Source: Zymomonas mobilis subsp. mobilis ATCC 10988 (lineage in GTDB: Bacteria > Pseudomonadota > Alphaproteobacteria > Sphingomonadales > Sphingomonadaceae). From it: a stretch of DNA of 32,000 nt. The notes beneath the pieces are model-generated. The model searched no databases. It saw only the letters and a list, made by a program, of their open reading frames with translations, and had not been told where the DNA came from. Of the stretch, positions 18,533 through 29,156 are shown in pieces. Position numbers and translations under genes: made by a program. Numbering within the stretch: position 1 is the first letter of the stretch; the number at the start of each line of letters is the position of its first letter. Location: assembly GCF_000175255.2 (NCBI RefSeq), contig NC_017262.1, positions 1,260,001-1,292,000 of the forward strand. The letters run 5' to 3'.

Positions 18533-20839
18533 TTACAAGGAGACAAACTGCGAAAGTAATTTTTTGATGCCGACATCCTTATCGTGAAATTCGACCGTTA
18601 CCTTGTCCCCATCCACTTCATTGACGACACCCTGACCAAATTTAGCATGTTTTACCGTGTCGCCAATCTTATATTGAGGGCTGTCCTTCTTCTTTAATGG
18701 ATGGCTAACCGCAGGAGAGGGCGAAGCGGCCGCTTTTTGCGCCCTTTGCCAACCTGCACCCCGACGACTAGCTAATTGCCATGGCGGCGTAATAGCTTCT
18801 TTTGCAGAATTATAAGCCGGATTTTTGGATCTATCTTCTGCCCATATGTCACGCCATATAGGGGCCTTTTTTCGAAGAAGTGATTTCTCATCTATATGGT
18901 CGTCTGGTAACTCGCTGATAAAACGCGAAGGTGTCGAAGCTATCCACTGACCATAAACTCTGCGATTGGCCGCGTGAAAAATGGTGCAGCATTTCTTGGC
19001 ACGGGTAATACCGACATAGGCCAAGCGTCTTTCTTCTTCCAGACTGTTGAGGCCACCTTCATCTAATGACCGCTGCGATGGAAAAACGCCTTCTTCCCAC
19101 CCGGGTAAAAAGACATGGTCAAATTCCAAGCCTTTGGCGGCATGCATCGTCATAAGGGTGATTTTATCATCTATCGGATCGTTTTCATGATCCATGACCA
19201 AGCTGACATGCTCAAGAAAGCTGCCAAGGTCATCATATTCTTCCATTGCACGCGCTAATTCGGTCAGATTTTCCAACCGCCCCGCAGATTGGACATCATT
19301 CACGGCGCGAAGCATCGCCTTATAGCCGGATTCATCCAACATTTTTCGGGTAACATCCGCATGGCTGACGACGGACAGGCTTTTTCGCCATTCAGAAAAA
19401 TCGTTCATTAACTGGCCAAGCGACTGGGTTATTTTGCTTCCCAGTGTTTTTTCTGAAACCAGTTTTTCAGCAGCCTCGGCTAAGGGAATGCGATCGAGAA
19501 AAGCCGCTTGATAAAGCTTTTCCATCGCCTTTTTGCCAATACCGCGTTTCGGCACATTAACAATACGTTCAAAGGCAAGATCGTCTGTCGGTTGGGCAAT
19601 AACTCGAAGATAGGCCAAGGCATCCCTTATTTCCGCTCTTTCATAAAAACGGAAGCCACCGATAATACGATAGGGGAGGTTCTTTGCTATAAAAATATCT
19701 TCAAATTCGCGGCTTTGAAATTGGGCGCGAATAAGAATTGCCATCTTGTTCAGGGGAATATTGGCACGCCTCAGATTTTGGACATCGGCAACAAGTTGCC
19801 TTGCCTCTTCTGCGCCATCCCAAACGCCTATAATTTTGACTTTTTCGCCCTGATCCCTTTCCGTCCACAAGGTTTTCCCAAGGCGAGCATTATTATGGGT
19901 AATCAGCCCTGATGCCGCACCGAGAATCTGCGGTGTTGATCGATAATTATGTTCCAGACGGATAATCTTTGCGCCCGGAAAATCTTCCTCAAAACGAAGA
20001 ATATTGGCGACTTCAGCACCCCGCCAGCTATAGATAGACTGGTCATCATCGCCAACACAGCAAATATTCCGGTTTTTCTGGGCTAATAACCTTAACCACA
20101 AATATTGTGCCTGATTGGTATCCTGATATTCATCTACCATGATATAGCGGAAACGATCATGATAGCTGTCCAGAACCTCTCGATGCTGGGTCAAAATAAC
20201 CAGCATATGCAAAAGCAGATCGCCAAAATCGCAGGCATTCAGGCTTAACAGTCTTTTTTGATAGGCCAGATAAAGCGCCGCACCTTGACCATCAGCAAAG
20301 CTATCTTCTTCTTTCCCTGCAATTTTATCGGGTGTTAAACCCCGATTTTTCCAACGGTCAATAATGCCTGCCAATTGTTTGGCTGGCCATTGTTTTTCAT
20401 CAATGCCTTGCCCTTGGATAAGCTGTTTCAAAAGCCGAATTTGATCGTCAGTATCAAGAATAATAAAATCGGATTTTAACCCGACTAATTCGGCATGACG
20501 GCGCAGCATTTTCGCTGCGATGGAATGAAATGTGCCCAACCAAGGCATGTTTTCTGCCTGACTGCCCAGCAAATCACCTACCCGCATTTGCATTTCGCGG
20601 GCCGCCTTATTGGTAAAGGTCACCGCCAAGATTTGCGAAGGCCATGCTTTCAGGGTTTCGACCAAATAAGCCAGCCTTGCTGTTAAAGCGGCCGTTTTAC
20701 CCGTTCCTGCCCCTGCCAGAACCAAAAGGGCGCCTTCTGTCGTCCTGACAACCTCTTTCTGTTCAGGATTGAGGCGTGCCAGATAATCAGGTTCTGGTGG
20801 GGTTTCGGCTGAAAAAGATGAATACAAGGAGTCAGTCAC
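18533..20839 (-). CDS. UvrD/PcrA-family DNA helicase
   Basis: LNPEQKEVVRTTEGALLVLAGAGTGKTAALTARLAYL, VDEYQDTNQAQY, VGDDDQSIYSWRGA, MTMHAAKGLEFDHVFLPGWEEG motifs and a PcrA-like C-terminal KIGDTVKHAKFGQGVV module. Confidence 0.93.
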   Translation of the reverse strand: MTDSLYSSFSAETPPEPDYLARLNPEQKEVVRTTEGALLVLAGAGTGKTAALTARLAYLVETLKAWPSQILAVTFTNKAAREMQMRVGDLLGSQAENMPWLGTFHSIAAKMLRRHAELVGLKSDFIILDTDDQIRLLKQLIQGQGIDEKQWPAKQLAGIIDRWKNRGLTPDKIAGKEEDSFADGQGAALYLAYQKRLLSLNACDFGDLLLHMLVILTQHREVLDSYHDRFRYIMVDEYQDTNQAQYLWLRLLAQKNRNICCVGDDDQSIYSWRGAEVANILRFEEDFPGAKIIRLEHNYRSTPQILGAASGLITHNNARLGKTLWTERDQGEKVKIIGVWDGAEEARQLVADVQNLRRANIPLNKMAILIRAQFQSREFEDIFIAKNLPYRIIGGFRFYERAEIRDALAYLRVIAQPTDDLAFERIVNVPKRGIGKKAMEKLYQAAFLDRIPLAEAAEKLVSEKTLGSKITQSLGQLMNDFSEWRKSLSVVSHADVTRKMLDESGYKAMLRAVNDVQSAGRLENLTELARAMEEYDDLGSFLEHVSLVMDHENDPIDDKITLMTMHAAKGLEFDHVFLPGWEEGVFPSQRSLDEGGLNSLEEERRLAYVGITRAKKCCTIFHAANRRVYGQWIASTPSRFISELPDDHIDEKSLLRKKAPIWRDIWAEDRSKNPAYNSAKEAITPPWQLASRRGAGWQRAQKAAASPSPAVSHPLKKKDSPQYKIGDTVKHAKFGQGVVNEVDGDKVTVEFHDKDVGIKKLLSQFVSL

Positions 20840-20902
20840 TTCGTTAAATTACGCCTAGAAAACTTTATCAGCAAGGGATGAGGCAAAGGAATTCCATAGG
20901 AA

Positions 20903-21454
20903 TTAAGATTCCGCTACTCTCCGAAGTAAGGTGACACGGGATTTGCCATATGTCCTTTCGGCTTCAACCACCCAACCTCCGGCAGAGGTTGTCTCTTGCT
21001 TGGCTGTTTCAATACTTGCCCATGCGGAGGGTGATGCCCAGCCCAGACGGGTCAGTTTTTCTAATAAAGCACCCGCTCCACCACTGTTATAGGGGGGATC
21101 AAAAAGCAAAAGATCAAAAGGCTGCGAAATCGGCGCGAGGGAAGAAACAGGCTGCGCCATTAAACGGGTGTCCGCTTGTGCGCCCATTTTTTCTATATTG
21201 CTCTTCAATATTTTACAGGCTTCGGGGTCTTGCTCAACAAACAGGCTAAAGGCCGCCCCGCGCGACAGACTTTCTAGACCAAGCGCCCCCGTTCCGGCAA
21301 AAATATCGGCTACTCGTAGGGATTCGAGTGATCCCATACGACTTTCTAACATCGAAAACAGCGCTTCGCGGGCGCGGTCACTGGTCGGGCGGGTCGTGTC
21401 GCTATTGGGTGTTTTTAAACTGCGTCCCCGCCATTTTCCGGCAATAATTCTCAT
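20903..21454 (-). CDS. rsmD: 16S rRNA (guanine966-N2)-methyltransferase
   Basis: MRIIAGKWRGRSLKTP...TRPTSDRAREALFSML, VADIFAGTGALGLESLSRGA, LLFDPPY motifs. Confidence 0.93.
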   Translation of the reverse strand: MRIIAGKWRGRSLKTPNSDTTRPTSDRAREALFSMLESRMGSLESLRVADIFAGTGALGLESLSRGAAFSLFVEQDPEACKILKSNIEKMGAQADTRLMAQPVSSLAPISQPFDLLLFDPPYNSGGAGALLEKLTRLGWASPSAWASIETAKQETTSAGGWVVEAERTYGKSRVTLLRRVAES

Positions 21455-21470
21455 TGTGAAAAATTATCCT

Positions 21471-23003
21471 CTAAGACATTTCAGGCAGAGTGTTCTTAAA
21501 AGCTTTTAAGGTCGCAGGATCAACCTCTTCAACCGCCCCAACCGGTAAATCTCCGAGAAGGAAAGGGCCATAGCTGATACGGATCAAGCGCGAAACTTGT
21601 AATCCCAGATAACCCAATACACGGCGAACTTCACGATTGCGGCCTTCATGCAGCTTCATTTCGACCCAGCCATTCCGACCCGTCCGGCGTTCCAAATTGG
21701 CATCAATCGAACCATAATGAATCCCGTCGATAGTGACGCCTTCGATCAACTCTTCCAATTGATCTTGGGAAACATCACCGAAAACACGAGCGCGATAGCA
21801 ACGTTCGATGTGGGTGGCCGGTAATTCCAGCATCCGCTTGAATCCGCCATCGGTTGTCAGAAGTAACAAGCCTTCTGTATTCATATCCAATCGACCGACC
21901 GGCATAACCCTTGGCAAATCTGCGGGCAGGCGATCGTAAATCGTCTTGCGTCCCTCGGGGTCGCGTTCAGTAGTCAATAAGCCGGTAGCTTTATGATATA
22001 AAAAGAGCCGCGTTTCTGTCGGTGCATTGACCGGTTTGCCGTCAACCGTGACACCGTCAAGCGAGGTCAACAAGGTGGCGGGTTTTTCAACCGTCACGCC
22101 ATCAATGGCAATACGGCCTTCTTCGATCATGGCTTCAATCATGCGGCGGCTGGCAATACCTGCCCGTGATAACAATTTGGCGATACGTTGTTCGCCATGT
22201 TCACGCGGTATCCGCGCCGAAGCCGGCTCACTTGCCCCTTTTTTTCTGAAAGGGCGGGCATTCGGTGAATAAGACGGATTAACGGCAAGATTGCGATTAT
22301 AGCCTTGCCTTTCAGAACGCCTGTCGTTTCTTTCTCCCGCATAACCATAATTACGCGAAGCATTTTCAGAAAAACGGTTATCAGACCTAGTATTTTGATA
22401 GCCAGCATTGCGCGAAAAACGGTCGGAACGATCGGATGGCTCACGAGAAAAGCGCGAAGGACGGTTCTCGTTATTCCGCATTTCACCTTTTCGATTTGGG
22501 AAAGGTCTTTCTCCACGTGGGGAGTCAGTGCGCGGATAGTCATTCCGTGAGAAACGATCGCCAGCTTCCTTGCGGTAACCATAAGAATTATCTGTTTTTC
22601 TATCGCCAGAATAGCGGCTTTGCGCTGGCTTTTGGTCACGGAAAGAACGCGGTCTTTCTGAAAAATCTTGTCTTTGGTTGTTCCGCTGGAAACGGTCATT
22701 TGAATCTGGGCGATTGTGACGCGAAAAACGGTCGTTTTCTTGCCGATCCTGCCGTGCTTTTAGAGGCGCTCTATCCTGACGCGATCTGTTGTCAGAATAG
22801 CCTGCGGCCTTTTTATAAGGCTTATCTTTGCGAGCAGAAGAATCAAAATGCCGAAAGGAAGTATTGTCTTCCTTCTTTTTATCAAAAGAAGGGCGTAACG
22901 TTTTTTGTGATCTATTATTTTCTGAAGTCGTTTGGGAGCGAGCCGGATTTCTAGATGACGGAGACCGGCCTTTGCCGGATTTCGGGGGGCGATTGAAAAC
23001 CAT
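21471..23003 (-). CDS. RluB/RsuA-family pseudouridine synthase with long low-complexity N-terminal extension
   Basis: S4-like RIAKLLSRAGIASRRMIEAMIEEGRIAIDG, PVGRLDMNTEGLLLLTTDG catalytic motif and EGRNREVRRVL; the first half of the 510 aa is Arg/Ser/Asn/Asp-rich. Confidence 0.9.
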   Translation of the reverse strand: MVFNRPPKSGKGRSPSSRNPARSQTTSENNRSQKTLRPSFDKKKEDNTSFRHFDSSARKDKPYKKAAGYSDNRSRQDRAPLKARQDRQENDRFSRHNRPDSNDRFQRNNQRQDFSERPRSFRDQKPAQSRYSGDRKTDNSYGYRKEAGDRFSRNDYPRTDSPRGERPFPNRKGEMRNNENRPSRFSREPSDRSDRFSRNAGYQNTRSDNRFSENASRNYGYAGERNDRRSERQGYNRNLAVNPSYSPNARPFRKKGASEPASARIPREHGEQRIAKLLSRAGIASRRMIEAMIEEGRIAIDGVTVEKPATLLTSLDGVTVDGKPVNAPTETRLFLYHKATGLLTTERDPEGRKTIYDRLPADLPRVMPVGRLDMNTEGLLLLTTDGGFKRMLELPATHIERCYRARVFGDVSQDQLEELIEGVTIDGIHYGSIDANLERRTGRNGWVEMKLHEGRNREVRRVLGYLGLQVSRLIRISYGPFLLGDLPVGAVEEVDPATLKAFKNTLPEMS

Positions 23004-23097
23004 AAGTCCTTATCTGGTTGAATGCTTGGCCGTAGCAAGAGGCGTGGAATACCGGAAACAGCCATAGGCGAATCACAGCTTCTGTCAAACAACCATC

Positions 23098-23128
23098 TAT
23101 AGCCTGACCTGTCACAGGTCAGGCTATA
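23098..23128 (-). terminator. Perfect 13-bp stem-loop downstream of the symporter gene
   Basis: TATAGCCTGACCT-gtcac-AGGTCAGGCTATA. No clear U-run on the - strand side, so the terminator role is tentative. Confidence 0.5.
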
Positions 23129-23141
23129 AAAAATGAAAAAT

Positions 23142-24422
23142 TTATTCAGCCCCTATTTTTGCAATTTCCTCTTTGCTGGGGATTTTCAGTTCACCTTCCC
23201 AATTGGCAACAACCATGCTCGCGGCAGCGTTACCAATAACATTGGTGGCAGAACGTCCCATGTCGAGGAAGTGATCCACGGCCAAAATAAGGGAAATACC
23301 GGCTTCTGGGATCTGCATAAAAGAAAGGGCAGAAGCGATAACGATCAAACTGGCGCGCGGCACACCGGCAATACCTTTTGAGGTAATCATCAACAAAAGA
23401 AGCATGATGATCTGTTGCCCCATTGGCGGATGAATATTGTAAGATTGTGCAATAAACATCGTGGCAAAGGTGCAATAAACCATGGTGCCATCAAGGTTGA
23501 ATGAATAACCCAATGGTAAAACAAATCCGGCGATCCGAGGCGGCACACCAAAATTTTCCAGCGCTTCCAAAGTCGGCGGCAAGGAGGCTTCGGAAGAAGA
23601 TGTCGTAAAGGCAATCAGCGCTGGCGCTTTCAACAGCGGTATAATGTTAAGCGCACCTTTCCCGACAACCAATCGCGTTGCGAGGAGGATAACACCCCAA
23701 AGAACAGCCAAACCAAGGTAAAAGCTGCCAATAAAATAACCATAGGTCAGAATAATGCCAAAACCGCGTTGAGCAATGACCGATGTCACCGCCGCAAAAA
23801 CGGCAAAAGGCGCAAACCACATGACATAATTGGTCACTTTAAGCATCACATGGGACAGGCTTTCGATACCCCGCAAAATAGGTCTTGCCTTTTTACCCTG
23901 CGAACCCAGCCCCAAACCGAAAAAGACCGAAAAGATAACAATCTGTAAGATTTCGTTATGCGCCATGGCATCAACGACAGATTGCGGCACCAAATGGTTG
24001 ATAAAATCTTTTAACGAAAAGACAGGGGCGGATGAGGCAACAGGATTTGCAGAAGCCGCAGGCGGCACAAAATTCAAGCCATCACCGGGTCTAAGAATAT
24101 TAACAAGCAAAAGCCCCAAGGCCAGCGAGACCAAACTTGCCCCGATAAACCAGCACATGGTTCTAAGACCAATACGGCCTAATTCTTTGCCATCCCCCAT
24201 ATGGGCGATACCGGTAACCAATGTGGCAAAGACCAAAGGGGAAAGGATCATTTTGATCAGTTTCAAGAAAATTACCGTCAATAACGACAGATAATTTTCT
24301 ACCAGATAGTCAATCCAGCTTTTGTCATGGATAGTCAAATTCATAATCGCGCCAATAATCAAGCCTGCGATCAAGGCTACGACTATCCAAAAGGTGAGCC
24401 TTTTTGCCACTCTCTTCTCCAA
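23142..24422 (-). CDS. Dicarboxylate/amino acid:cation symporter (DAACS family, GltP/DctA-like)
   Basis: FLKLIKMILSPLVFATLVTGIAHMGD, AFTTSSSEASLPPTLEALE, LPLGYSFNLDGTMVYC, ILAVDHFLDMGRSATNVIGNAAASMVVANWEG motifs. Confidence 0.92.
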   Translation of the reverse strand: MEKRVAKRLTFWIVVALIAGLIIGAIMNLTIHDKSWIDYLVENYLSLLTVIFLKLIKMILSPLVFATLVTGIAHMGDGKELGRIGLRTMCWFIGASLVSLALGLLLVNILRPGDGLNFVPPAASANPVASSAPVFSLKDFINHLVPQSVVDAMAHNEILQIVIFSVFFGLGLGSQGKKARPILRGIESLSHVMLKVTNYVMWFAPFAVFAAVTSVIAQRGFGIILTYGYFIGSFYLGLAVLWGVILLATRLVVGKGALNIIPLLKAPALIAFTTSSSEASLPPTLEALENFGVPPRIAGFVLPLGYSFNLDGTMVYCTFATMFIAQSYNIHPPMGQQIIMLLLLMITSKGIAGVPRASLIVIASALSFMQIPEAGISLILAVDHFLDMGRSATNVIGNAAASMVVANWEGELKIPSKEEIAKIGAE

Positions 24423-24795
24423 AAATATAATTTCAATATTTTGAATAAAATTAAATGTTTAATTTTATTTTTCAAACAGAAAAATTTTTAAATTCCACTA
24501 ATTTAGAGCAATAATTTAACTTGAATACAAGATAGAAGAAATTCCCTATCGGAAATTGATATGATTGTGTTTTTTAACCAAAATATTTCCTTTAGGAAGG
24601 AAATTTTTTTATAAAACTAAAAATTATTTTTTTATTTTTGCAAATAAACAAAATTCTTTTAAAGAAGACGGCTCGATATTTTCTATTTCAAAGTCATCCC
24701 TTCCGATATGGATGTTCGTTACAATTCCGGCTAAGGCTATGCCGTAAGCAGACATAATCTGATATTTTAGCAGGAAACAAGCCATTCATAAGAGA

Positions 24796-26100
24796 ATGAA
24801 GGATTGGGCGCAACGTATTGCAAATACCTTTATGCCCTATTTTGAGAAAGCATCCCTTGCGGCATTTTTTCTCGGTATTGCAAGCGGTATACCATACACT
24901 TTACTCGCTGCAACCTTGACGCATAGATTGTCAGATGCGGGGATTGATAAAAAATCAATATCGGCTTTTGCCCTAACTTTGTTGATGTATAGCCTGAAAT
25001 GGTTGTGGGCGCCTTTAATCGACCGTTGTCCAATCCCTTTCCTCACAAAAATGATCGGGCAAAGACGCGCTTGGCTCTGGGTGAGTGGAATTCTAACGGC
25101 CTTTGCTATCGTGATGCTCGGCATAGCTGATCCTTATAGAAATCTGGAACAAGTCGTTTTCTGGGCGATTTTCTTAGGCTTCTGTGGAGCAACAGCAGAC
25201 ATCACTTTAGATGCCTATCGTATTGAATTATTAGATCCGTCCCGTTTAGGTGTCGGATCAGGATTATCTCAATATGGGTGGCGTATTGGGTCTTTTCTGG
25301 CCAGCTCAGGCGTCTTGCTGCTCGCTGATAAATGGAATTGGCATATCGGATATATTGCCTGCGCACCTTTTGTCCTGATTGCCCCGATAACCTCTATTTT
25401 TATGGGCGAGCCTAACCAATATCGCGAGCCAGAGCCTTTAAAAACGCCCAGCGATATGGTTGCAGCCTTTATCAATCCTCTGCGTGATTTTTTGCAACGG
25501 CAAGGCGCTTGGATGGTTCTACTCTTCATCCTTCTTCATAAAGTCGGGGATACAATGGCCAATCTGATGCTTCGCAATCTGTTGGTTAGCCTCGGTTTCA
25601 CAAAGCAGGAAATATTATTAGGCGATGTCAATATCGGCTTTTTTGCGCTTTTAGCCGGTATTTTTGCCGGCGGCATTCTCTTTGTCCGTATGGGGATGAA
25701 GCGTTCTGTTCTGCTAAGTCTTGTGTTAATGGCTATATCGAATGTGAGCTTCGCTATTTTGGCGGCTTGTGGGCATTCAATGCCAATGCTAATTTTTGCC
25801 GTTGGCTTTGAAAATTTTTCAAGCGGTATCGGCGGCGTGACCATTGTCGCTTATTTATCTGCGCTATGCAGCCTTCGCTTTACAGCAACACAATTCGCCT
25901 TATTGAGCGCTTTAGCGGGTGTCTTGGGGCGTTTCCTGACTGGCACCACAGCAGGGGCGCTAATAGAAGCCATGGGCTACGTGAATTATTATATTCTGAC
26001 GACCGTGATCGCCTTACCCAGTATCCTGCTTTACGCTTTTATGATGCGGTCTGGAATGGTTGATCGCTCGATAAGCGAAACGGAAGGCTATCAAAAATAG
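24796..26100 (+). CDS. AmpG-like MFS transporter
   Basis: 434-aa MFS protein: FFLGIASGIPYTLLAATLTHRLSDAGIDKKSISAFAL, SLKWLWAPLIDR, GFCGATADITLDAYRIELL, typical of AmpG-type permeases. Confidence 0.82.
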   Translation: MKDWAQRIANTFMPYFEKASLAAFFLGIASGIPYTLLAATLTHRLSDAGIDKKSISAFALTLLMYSLKWLWAPLIDRCPIPFLTKMIGQRRAWLWVSGILTAFAIVMLGIADPYRNLEQVVFWAIFLGFCGATADITLDAYRIELLDPSRLGVGSGLSQYGWRIGSFLASSGVLLLADKWNWHIGYIACAPFVLIAPITSIFMGEPNQYREPEPLKTPSDMVAAFINPLRDFLQRQGAWMVLLFILLHKVGDTMANLMLRNLLVSLGFTKQEILLGDVNIGFFALLAGIFAGGILFVRMGMKRSVLLSLVLMAISNVSFAILAACGHSMPMLIFAVGFENFSSGIGGVTIVAYLSALCSLRFTATQFALLSALAGVLGRFLTGTTAGALIEAMGYVNYYILTTVIALPSILLYAFMMRSGMVDRSISETEGYQK

Positions 26101-26120
26101 CCTCCCATGATAGTAAATTC

Positions 26121-27452
26121 TTATTCTGGTGGTGTTTCATTCGCTTTTAAGACAGAGCCTGCCAGATAAAGAGAACCAACGATAGCAATGATCGGCGGAT
26201 AATCGGGAGAGGCTTCGCGGGCTATCAAGCGAAGCGCTTCTTCCGGTGAAGCCGCAATCCGCCCTGACATTCCATTTTTCTGGGCGATAGACACCAGATA
26301 TTCAGGCGAATGATAGGGATGGCTTGGCACTGGAACCGCATAGAAGCGAGCCTGTGTCGATCCAAAAAACTGAAGAACACCTTCGGCGTCTTTATTAGAG
26401 AGCATGCCCATAATAAGATGGAAAGGCTTCTTCTCTTTTTCGACATGTTCTTGGAAGAAAGCTGCCGTTGAAGGGGCGGCGGCGGGATTATGACAACCAT
26501 CAATCCACAATTCTGCCCCAACCGGTAATTGGCTTACCAAACGACCATCCGAGACATGCTGCAATCTGGCTGGCCAGAAAGCCCATCCCATAGCCGCTTT
26601 ATAAGCCGCCTCTGGTATTTGAATAACTTTCTGATGGCGCAGCATCGCAACGGCCAAGGCCGCATTCTCATTCTGATGACTGCCGTTTAACCGCGGTAAA
26701 GGCAAATGGAGCCGTCCAGCCTTATCCCGATAATGCAGCTCATTCTGGTAAACTGTCCATTCCCATATGCTGCCACGAGGCAACCAAACCGCTTTTTTCT
26801 CATCAGCTATTTTTTTGATCTGCGCCGCAATAGAAGGCTCATAGGTCTGCGTGACCAGAGGCACTGTCTCTTTGGCAATACCAGCTTTTTCGGCTGCAAT
26901 ATCTTCGGCATTATCGCCTAAAAAAGCCTGATGATCGACCCCAAGCTGGGCAATCCCGCATACAATCGGATTGGTAATGACATTGGTCGCATCGAGCTTG
27001 CCCCCTAAACCGACTTCAATGACGCAGGCATCCGCAGGGTTCCGAGAAAAAGCCAAAAAGGCCGCCGCCGTGGTGACTTCAAAGAAGCTAGCACCGACAT
27101 CCTCACCAATATCCAATACTTCTTTTAATAAACCAGCCAAGGTATCATCATCGACCAGCTTGTCAGCTATTCTGATACGTTCATTAAAACGTACCAGATG
27201 CGGACTGGTATAGGCATGGACAGACAAACCGGCGGCCTGAAGTGCCGCTCTTAGAAAGGCGCAAGTAGAGCCTTTGCCATTGGTTCCAGCAACATGGAAT
27301 ACTGGGGGCAGGTGATGCTCTGGATGTCCCAGCCGTTCCAGCAATTCGCTGATACGGCTTAGACCCAAGATGTCACTTCCCGGTGAGAGGCGTGCCAATC
27401 TGTCTAATTGGAATTGAACATCTGGATTATCGGAACGGGCGTGATCGGCCAT
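26121..27452 (-). CDS. folC: Folylpolyglutamate synthase/dihydrofolate synthase
   Basis: VFHVAGTNGKGSTCAFLRAALQAAGLSVHAYTSPHLVRFNERI, VIEVGLGGKLDATNVI, LWIDGCHNP. Confidence 0.93.
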   Translation of the reverse strand: MADHARSDNPDVQFQLDRLARLSPGSDILGLSRISELLERLGHPEHHLPPVFHVAGTNGKGSTCAFLRAALQAAGLSVHAYTSPHLVRFNERIRIADKLVDDDTLAGLLKEVLDIGEDVGASFFEVTTAAAFLAFSRNPADACVIEVGLGGKLDATNVITNPIVCGIAQLGVDHQAFLGDNAEDIAAEKAGIAKETVPLVTQTYEPSIAAQIKKIADEKKAVWLPRGSIWEWTVYQNELHYRDKAGRLHLPLPRLNGSHQNENAALAVAMLRHQKVIQIPEAAYKAAMGWAFWPARLQHVSDGRLVSQLPVGAELWIDGCHNPAAAPSTAAFFQEHVEKEKKPFHLIMGMLSNKDAEGVLQFFGSTQARFYAVPVPSHPYHSPEYLVSIAQKNGMSGRIAASPEEALRLIAREASPDYPPIIAIVGSLYLAGSVLKANETPPE

Positions 27453-27480
27453 AATTTATATCTCGAACAGCAAGGAATGT

Positions 27481-28335
27481 TTAGGCCGCTTCATTGGCAG
27501 GAAGCAGATAATCCACAAGCGAGATCAGACGATCACGCATTTCAGCACGGGGAACAACCATATCAATCATACCATGCTCAAGAAGATATTCTGCCCGCTG
27601 GAATCCTTCGGGGAGCTTCTCTCTAATGGTCGATTCAATAACACGCTGTCCGGCAAAGCCAATCAAGGCACCGGGTTCCGCAATCTGAACATCACCCAAC
27701 ATCGCATAAGAGGCGGTAACACCCCCCGTTGTCGGGTCTGTTAAGACGACAATATAAGGCAGTCCGGCTTCTCTTAACTCCGCAATAGCTGCCGTGCTTC
27801 TGGGCATTTGCATCAAAGACAAAATGCCTTCCTGCATTCTTGCACCACCTGCCGCCGTAAAGATGATATAAGGCGAATGACATTCTATTGCAGCTTTGAC
27901 ACCAGCCACAAAAGCGCTTCCGACCGCCAAGCCCATAGAACCGCCCATGAAGGAAAAGTCCTGAACGCCAATAACCGTCTGACGCCCTGCCAACCGCCCT
28001 TTGGCATTAAGCAGCGCATCATTTTCGCCCGATTTAAGGCGGGCTGCTTTAAGACGATCAACATAACGTTTGGTATCGCGGAATTTTAACGGATCTTCCG
28101 GCACGACGGGCGGAGGAAGAACGCTGTAATCCCCTTCATCAAATAGGGAATCAAAACGCGCACGGCTCCCGATGCGGCCATGAAAGCCGCATTTTGGACA
28201 AACAGACAGATTTTCTTCGTAATCTTTGTTGAAAATCATCGTCTGACAATGGGGGCAGCGATGCCACAGATTATCAGGCGTTTCTCGTTTGACAATAAAA
28301 GGTATTTTGTTTCGGACTTTTTCGAGCCAACTCAT
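27481..28335 (-). CDS. accD: Acetyl-CoA carboxylase carboxyltransferase subunit beta
   Basis: Zinc finger [63 protein letters not shown]. Confidence 0.95.
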   Translation of the reverse strand: MSWLEKVRNKIPFIVKRETPDNLWHRCPHCQTMIFNKDYEENLSVCPKCGFHGRIGSRARFDSLFDEGDYSVLPPPVVPEDPLKFRDTKRYVDRLKAARLKSGENDALLNAKGRLAGRQTVIGVQDFSFMGGSMGLAVGSAFVAGVKAAIECHSPYIIFTAAGGARMQEGILSLMQMPRSTAAIAELREAGLPYIVVLTDPTTGGVTASYAMLGDVQIAEPGALIGFAGQRVIESTIREKLPEGFQRAEYLLEHGMIDMVVPRAEMRDRLISLVDYLLPANEAA

Positions 28336-29156
28336 AGGGCGGCCTCCTTACGGGCATCGGAAATGGCCGTGCTTAATTCTTTAGCCAATTTTTCTAAGGC
28401 GGCATTGGGATCTTGGCGATTGGTCACAGCCTTTTCGATGCAAGACACAAAGGCCGAACCCACCACAACCGCATCAGCCTTTTTGGCAATCGCTGCGGCC
28501 TGTTCTGGTGAACGAATACCGAAACCGACGGCAACCGGCAAATCTGTTACAGCTTTAATCCGATCAAGCGCGGCATCAATGCTGGCTTCAGTTGCCTGTT
28601 GCAGACCCGTAACGCCCGCGACAGAAACATAATAGAGGAAACCGGAAGCCCCATCGAGGATGATTTTCAAACGCGCTTCATCACTGGTCGGGGTGGCGAG
28701 CCGGATCATATCCATGCCTTTTTCGCGCACTGCGACACCAAGGGTTGCGTCTTCTTCTGGCGGAATATCGACACAGATAATGCCGTCAACACCGGCTTCT
28801 TTTGCAGAGGCGGCGAAGCTGTCGCTGCCTTTAAACGTCATCGGATTGGCATATCCCATAAGGATAAGCGGCGTTTCCGGATGTCGTTTTCTAAATTCCG
28901 TGGCTATTCTAAAGATGTCATTATAGCCAGTTTTAGCCGCCAAAGCCCGAAGATTGGCTTTCTGAATAGCGGGGCCATCTGCCATCGGATCAGAAAAGGG
29001 CATCCCTAATTCGATAATATCGACGCCATTTTCAACCAGACTATCCAACAGGGCAGGGGTCGCTTCAATAGAGGGATCACCTGCCGTCAGAAAGGCAATC
29101 AAAGCAGCCCGATTTTCTTTTTTTGTTTTGGCAAAAGTATTGGCAATCCGGCTCAT
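28332..29156 (-). CDS. trpA: Tryptophan synthase subunit alpha
   Basis: [50 protein letters not shown]-like motif. Confidence 0.95.
   Translation of the reverse strand: MSRIANTFAKTKKENRAALIAFLTAGDPSIEATPALLDSLVENGVDIIELGMPFSDPMADGPAIQKANLRALAAKTGYNDIFRIATEFRKRHPETPLILMGYANPMTFKGSDSFAASAKEAGVDGIICVDIPPEEDATLGVAVREKGMDMIRLATPTSDEARLKIILDGASGFLYYVSVAGVTGLQQATEASIDAALDRIKAVTDLPVAVGFGIRSPEQAAAIAKKADAVVVGSAFVSCIEKAVTNRQDPNAALEKLAKELSTAISDARKEAAL

Noticed and set aside
22139-22954. Long overlapping ORFs on both strands (186 aa -, 172 aa +) over the start of the pseudouridine synthase gene
   Set aside because: The region encodes biased low-complexity protein, which easily keeps other frames open. 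The pseudouridine synthase frame has the conserved domain.
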